Source: an uncultured Gammaproteobacteria bacterium | GTDB taxonomy: Bacteria; Pseudomonadota; Gammaproteobacteria; Chromatiales; Chromatiaceae | DNA length: 48,135 nt | Direction of reading: 5' to 3' | Assembly: GCA_964516045.1 (NCBI GenBank) | Contig: CAZEWM010000001.1 | Span: 1 to 48,135, forward strand | Shown here: positions 43,881 to 48,135 of the stretch, piece by piece | Numbering within the stretch: position 1 is the first letter of the stretch | How the letters are laid out: every line of letters starts with the position of its first letter | Program-made: the position numbers and the translations under genes | Notes under the pieces: model-generated | Database searches by the model: none | The model's input: the letters and a program-made list of their open reading frames with translations, nothing else | What the model was told of the DNA's origin: nothing

Positions 43881-44935
43881 TGGATGCGTTGATTGAAGTT
43901 TATTACGCGCTTCCAGTTGTCGTTCAGATACTGCTGAAGATTGCTCTGATTATGTTCCCGTTGATGGGATTGGTTGCCTATTACACTTACGCCGAACGTA
44001 AAGTCATTGGTCATATGCAGGTTCGTCAGGGGCCAAACCGAGTTGGCTTCTTTGGCTTCCGTATGTTGGGTCTTGGTCAGCCAATCGCCGATGCGGTTAA
44101 GTTGATGTTCAAAGAGATCATTATCCCCACCGGTGCGAATAAGGTTTTGTTCTTGCTGGCCCCTATGGTGATGTTGGCACCAGCCTTGGCTGCATGGGCG
44201 GTATTTCCTTTTGATGTAGGCTTGGTGTTAGCTGATGTAAATGCCGGTCTTTTGTATATCGTGGCGTTGAGCTCAATCGGTGTTTACGGCGTCATCATCG
44301 CAGGATGGGCGTCTAACTCTAAGTACGCTTTATTGGGCGCAGTCCGTTCCGCAGCTCAAATGGTTGCCTATGAAATTGCGATGGGCTTCGCTTTGGTCGG
44401 CGTTTTGGTGGCTTCTGGCACGCTGCATCTTGGCGAGATTGTTATGGCGCAGCAGGGCAGTCTTTTGCATTGGTTCTGGTTGCCATTATTACCGCTGTTC
44501 CTAATTTATTTCATCTCGGGTGTGGCGGAAACCAATCGCGCGCCGTTTGACGTTGCTGAAGGTGAGTCGGAAATTGTCGCCGGCTTCCATATCGAATATT
44601 CAGGTATGGCGTTTGCTGCCTTCTTCTTGGCTGAATACGCCAATATGATTTTGATATCAGCCTTCACAGCGCTGATGTTCTTAGGTGGTTGGTTGTCACC
44701 TTTCCAGGGTACCTTTATGGAGTCTTGGTTTGAGTGGGTGCCAGGCATCATTTGGTTATTCGCGAAGACAGCGTTCTTCATGTTCCTATTCTTGTGGTTC
44801 CGTGCAACATTCCCACGTTATCGCTACGACCAAATTATGCGTTTGGGTTGGAAGGTTTTTATTCCAATCACGATTGTTTGGATTGTGGTGGTTGCGTTCA
44901 TGCGTGTGTACGACATGCCTTGGTGGTTTGATTAA
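43880..44935 (+). CDS. nuoH: NADH-quinone oxidoreductase subunit H
   Basis: Polytopic protein with [42 protein letters not shown] and [26 protein letters not shown] motifs. TAATG overlap with nuoG. Confidence 0.97.
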   Translation: MDALIEVYYALPVVVQILLKIALIMFPLMGLVAYYTYAERKVIGHMQVRQGPNRVGFFGFRMLGLGQPIADAVKLMFKEIIIPTGANKVLFLLAPMVMLAPALAAWAVFPFDVGLVLADVNAGLLYIVALSSIGVYGVIIAGWASNSKYALLGAVRSAAQMVAYEIAMGFALVGVLVASGTLHLGEIVMAQQGSLLHWFWLPLLPLFLIYFISGVAETNRAPFDVAEGESEIVAGFHIEYSGMAFAAFFLAEYANMILISAFTALMFLGGWLSPFQGTFMESWFEWVPGIIWLFAKTAFFMFLFLWFRATFPRYRYDQIMRLGWKVFIPITIVWIVVVAFMRVYDMPWWFD

Positions 44936-44953
44936 GGCGGAGCGAGCAATACG

Positions 44954-45442
44954 ATGAAAACAGTTATTAATTACATCCGTAGTCTTTTCCTCTGGGAGCT
45001 ACTTAAGGGTTTACGTCTAACCGGGAGTTACATGCTTAAAGGCTCAGTGACCTTGCAGTACCCAGAAGAAAAAGCGCCGGTTTCTCCACGTTTCCGTGGC
45101 TTACATGCATTGCGTCGATATGAAAATGGTGAAGAGCGTTGTATCGCTTGTAAATTATGTGAGGCGGTGTGTCCTGCGCTAGCAATTACTATCGAGGCTG
45201 AGCCTCGTGATGATGGTTCGCGTCGTACAACACGTTATGACATCGATTTATTTAAGTGCATCTTCTGCGGCTTCTGTGAAGAGTCATGTCCAGTGGACTC
45301 GATTGTTGAAACGCGTCTTTATGAATATCACTTCGAAAATCGTGGTGAGCACATCATGACGAAAGAAAAGTTACTGGCAATGGGTGACAAGTATGAGAAA
45401 GAGCTTGCCGCTGATCGCGCTGCTCAAGCGATGGTGCGTTGA
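44954..45442 (+). CDS. nuoI: NADH-quinone oxidoreductase subunit I (2x 4Fe-4S ferredoxin)
   Basis: [12 protein letters not shown] and [12 protein letters not shown] cluster motifs. 162 aa. Confidence 0.97.
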   Translation: MKTVINYIRSLFLWELLKGLRLTGSYMLKGSVTLQYPEEKAPVSPRFRGLHALRRYENGEERCIACKLCEAVCPALAITIEAEPRDDGSRRTTRYDIDLFKCIFCGFCEESCPVDSIVETRLYEYHFENRGEHIMTKEKLLAMGDKYEKELAADRAAQAMVR

Positions 45443-45444
45443 TC

Positions 45445-46044
45445 ATGTCAGTTGAAAAGATTCTTTTTTATATTTTCTCTGCCATCTTGCTTAGCGCAGC
45501 GGTCTTGATCGTGACGCGTAAAAACCCGGTGCATTCGGTGCTTTGGCTAGTAGTAGCTTTCTTCAATGCAGCCATTCTTTGGATGATGTTGGAAGCTGAG
45601 TTTTTATCCATCGTTTTGGTTTTGGTGTACGTCGGTGCCGTAATGGTGTTATTCCTCTTTGTTGTGATGATGCTCGATATCAATATCACTGAGTTACGAG
45701 CTGGCTTTGTGCGGAATCTGCCCGTAGCCGTGTTGGTTGCAGCGGTGATGATGGCTGAGATTTTGCTCGTGGTGGGATCGAGCCATTTTGGCTTGGATAA
45801 AGTGGCTGCTCCTGTAAGACATGGTGCGGATTACAACAATACTGCTGAACTAGGTTTTGCACTGTTTACCGATCACTTGTATGCCTTCGAGATTGCCGCG
45901 GTCATCTTGCTAGTGGGCATCATTGCCGCAATCAGTCTGACGCTGCGTAAGCGACCTGAAACTAAATATCAGGATCCGAGCAAGCAGATTTCGGTTAAAA
46001 GTACTGATCGTTTGAAGATGGTCAAGATGGATGGGGAGGACTAA
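45445..46044 (+). CDS. nuoJ: NADH-quinone oxidoreductase subunit J
   Basis: Hydrophobic ND6-like protein (AEFLSIVLVLVYVGAVMVLFLFVVMML). ATG at 45445 preferred over the track's TTG at 45439, which overlaps the nuoI stop. Confidence 0.92.
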   Translation: MSVEKILFYIFSAILLSAAVLIVTRKNPVHSVLWLVVAFFNAAILWMMLEAEFLSIVLVLVYVGAVMVLFLFVVMMLDINITELRAGFVRNLPVAVLVAAVMMAEILLVVGSSHFGLDKVAAPVRHGADYNNTAELGFALFTDHLYAFEIAAVILLVGIIAAISLTLRKRPETKYQDPSKQISVKSTDRLKMVKMDGED

Positions 46045-46047
46045 TTG

Positions 46048-46353
46048 ATGATTTCTTTGTCTGAATACCTCATCGTTTCAGCGTTACTTTTCTCAATCAG
46101 TATTGCTGGCATCTTTTTGAACCGTAAGAACGTCCTATTACTGTTGATGTGTATCGAGTTGATGCTCTTGGCAGTTAACTTGAACTTTGTTGCGTTCTCA
46201 CATTATTTGAATGACCTACAAGGTCAGATATTCGTCTTCTTTATATTGACGGTGGCTGCAGCAGAAGCAGCTATTGGCTTGGCCATCCTAGTGGTGGTCT
46301 TCCGAACTCGCCGTACGATCAATGTTGACGAGCTTAAGGATCTGAAGGGGTAA
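46048..46353 (+). CDS. nuoK: NADH-quinone oxidoreductase subunit K
   Basis: Three TM helices. Conserved [20 protein letters not shown] and [17 protein letters not shown] at 46048 lies 7 nt after the GGGGAGGA SD (track start TTG 46045). Confidence 0.93.
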   Translation: MISLSEYLIVSALLFSISIAGIFLNRKNVLLLLMCIELMLLAVNLNFVAFSHYLNDLQGQIFVFFILTVAAAEAAIGLAILVVVFRTRRTINVDELKDLKG

Positions 46354-48135
46354 TGATGGAATCGATCTTACTCACAATCGTGTTGGCGCCTTTGGTTGGC
46401 GCAGTAATTGCCGGTTTGCTACGTAACCAAATTGGCAAGGCGGGTGCGCACTGGGCGACCATCTTGGGTGTCGGTACAAGCTGCATCCTTTCGATGTATA
46501 TTTTGTATCTGCATGCGTTTGCTGGTGCAGAGGTCTATAACCAGTCGGTTTATACCTGGATGGTCAGTGATGGTTTGCGCTTCGAGGTTGGCTTTTTAAT
46601 CGATCGTTTAACTGCAATGATGATGGCGGTCGTGACCTTCGTCTCTCTCATGGTGCACATCTACACCATCGGCTATATGCATGATGAAGATGGCTATCAG
46701 CGTTTCTTTAGTTACATCGCATTGTTTACCTTCTCAATGCTCATGCTGGTTATGTCGAATAACTTCTTGCAGTTATTCTTTGGTTGGGAAGCGGTAGGCT
46801 TGGTCTCTTACTTGCTGATCGGGTTCTATTTTAAGAAAGACACGGCAGTCTTTGCCAACATGAAGGCCTTCTTGGTTAATCGTGTTGGTGACTTTGGTTT
46901 TGTTCTCGGTATTGCTGCGGTTGCAATGTATTTCAATACGCTCGATTACGCTGAAGCGTTTGCCGCGGCCCCGGCCTTTGCTGACACTACCATCAATATC
47001 TGGGGTGATGAGCAATGGTCGCTTATGACTGTTGTTTGTATCTTATTGTTCATCGGTGCAATGGGTAAGTCAGCTCAGGTGCCGTTGCATGTGTGGCTGC
47101 CAGACTCAATGGAGGGTCCAACACCAATCTCTGCATTGATTCACGCAGCAACCATGGTAACCGCAGGTATCTTTATGGTGGCGCGTATGTCACCGCTTTA
47201 TGAGATGTCAGAAACCGCATTGACCTTTGTGTTAGTGATTGGTGCTACTACTGCCTTCTTTATGGGTCTGATTGGCATTATCCAAAATGACATCAAGCGG
47301 GTTGTGGCTTACTCAACCTTGTCTCAGCTCGGTTACATGGTGGCAGCCTTGGGTGTTTCAGCCTATGCAGCGGGTTTGTTCCACTTAATGACGCACGCGT
47401 TTTTTAAAGCATTACTGTTCTTGGCAGCAGGTTCTGTGATCATGGGTATGCACCACGATCAAGATATCCGCAATATGGGTGGTATTCGTAAATACATGCC
47501 AATTACACACTGGACGGCCTTGCTAGGCTCGCTTGCCTTGATTGGCTTCCCAGGCTTCTCTGGCTTCTTCTCAAAAGATGCGATTATCGAGGCGGTGCAT
47601 TACTCGACGATTGATGGGGCAGGTTACGCTTACGTCTTGTTGGTTGCGGGTGTCTTCCTGACCGCCTTATATAGCTTCCGTATGTATTTCTTAGTATTCC
47701 ATGGCAAGGGTCCACGCGATGAGCATGCAAAAGATCATCTACATGAATCGCCATGGGTGGTTACCTTGCCACTGATCTTGCTGGCGATCCCGTCGGTTTT
47801 TATTGGCTACTTCACCGTTGGCGATATGGTGTTTGGCGATTACTTCAACGGTATTCTTACGGTTGCGCCTGAGCACAATACGCTGGCCCAGATTGAATTT
47901 ACGAGTGCTTGGGGCTTTGTGATGCACGCAGTGCATGGCGTACCACTCTATTTGGCACTCGGCGGTTTGTTCGCGGCTTGGTATGTGTACACCCGTAAAC
48001 CGAGTATCGCTTCTGAGTTGCGAACACGTTTAGATTGGGCACACTTTGCGTTGGATCAAAAATACGGCTTTGATCACTTTAACCAAGCAGTGTTTGCTGG
48101 CGGAAGTCGATTGTTAGGTAAGTTTTTCTGGAATG
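46353..48135 (+). CDS. nuoL: NADH-quinone oxidoreductase subunit L, N-terminal ~594 aa (3' end cut by window edge; absent from supplied ORF track)
   Basis: Hand translation from the TAATG junction gives [23 protein letters not shown]...TAMMMAVVTFVSLMVHIYTIGYMHDEDGYQRFFSYIALFTFSMLMLVMSNNFLQLFFGWEAVGLVSYLLIGFYF...VNRVGDFGF. Later come GKSAQVPLHVWLPDSMEGPTPISALIHAATMVTAG and YSTLSQLGYM. These are hallmark NuoL/ND5 motifs. The frame stays open to the window end. Confidence 0.93.
   Translation, partial: MMESILLTIVLAPLVGAVIAGLLRNQIGKAGAHWATILGVGTSCILSMYILYLHAFAGAEVYNQSVYTWMVSDGLRFEVGFLIDRLTAMMMAVVTFVSLMVHIYTIGYMHDEDGYQRFFSYIALFTFSMLMLVMSNNFLQLFFGWEAVGLVSYLLIGFYFKKDTAVFANMKAFLVNRVGDFGFVLGIAAVAMYFNTLDYAEAFAAAPAFADTTINIWGDEQWSLMTVVCILLFIGAMGKSAQVPLHVWLPDSMEGPTPISALIHAATMVTAGIFMVARMSPLYEMSETALTFVLVIGATTAFFMGLIGIIQNDIKRVVAYSTLSQLGYMVAALGVSAYAAGLFHLMTHAFFKALLFLAAGSVIMGMHHDQDIRNMGGIRKYMPITHWTALLGSLALIGFPGFSGFFSKDAIIEAVHYSTIDGAGYAYVLLVAGVFLTALYSFRMYFLVFHGKGPRDEHAKDHLHESPWVVTLPLILLAIPSVFIGYFTVGDMVFGDYFNGILTVAPEHNTLAQIEFTSAWGFVMHAVHGVPLYLALGGLFAAWYVYTRKPSIASELRTRLDWAHFALDQKYGFDHFNQAVFAGGSRLLGKFFWN

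Overview
This 48.1-kb window looks like conserved chromosomal backbone of a moderate-GC gammaproteobacterium. From memory, the gene order most resembles Pseudomonas/Xanthomonas-type layouts. It is almost fully coding, and every intergenic gap is under about 190 bp.

Gene order:
- rnr(partial)-rlmB
- rpsF-rpsR-(membrane ORF)-rplI
- dnaB-alr-radA
- Minus strand: Mth938-like ORF and a CorC/HlyC transporter
- Aminotransferase-hom-(hypothetical)
- queF (minus)
- smc-zipA-ligA
- Small secreted Cys protein
- CPA2 antiporter
- tsaA/trmO
- Minus strand: DUF1244 and Trx-TPR, divergent from trxC
- carA-carB-greA
- yhbY (minus)
- rlmE-ftsH
- folP-glmM-tpiA-secG-tRNA-Leu(GAG)
- A 14-gene-type complex I operon, nuoA to nuoL. 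nuoL runs off the 3' edge and is missing from the supplied ORF track.

I see no transposases, integrases, phage genes, CRISPR arrays, restriction, toxin-antitoxin or defence-like genes, and no long repeats. I therefore find no evidence for a novel multi-gene system here. I judge this an ordinary core region.

The points worth a second look are modest:
- An uncharacterised polytopic membrane protein embedded in the r-protein/helicase operon.
- A non-ATG-start hypothetical in the slot where thrC usually follows hom.
- An orphan secreted four-Cys mini-protein.
- A run of three CxxC proteins.
- A ~69-aa insertion in the LigA helix-hairpin-helix region.
- A structured rpsF leader with an anti-SD/SD pairing.

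Many ORF-track starts are upstream over-extensions. I have trimmed them to the starts that match family N-termini.
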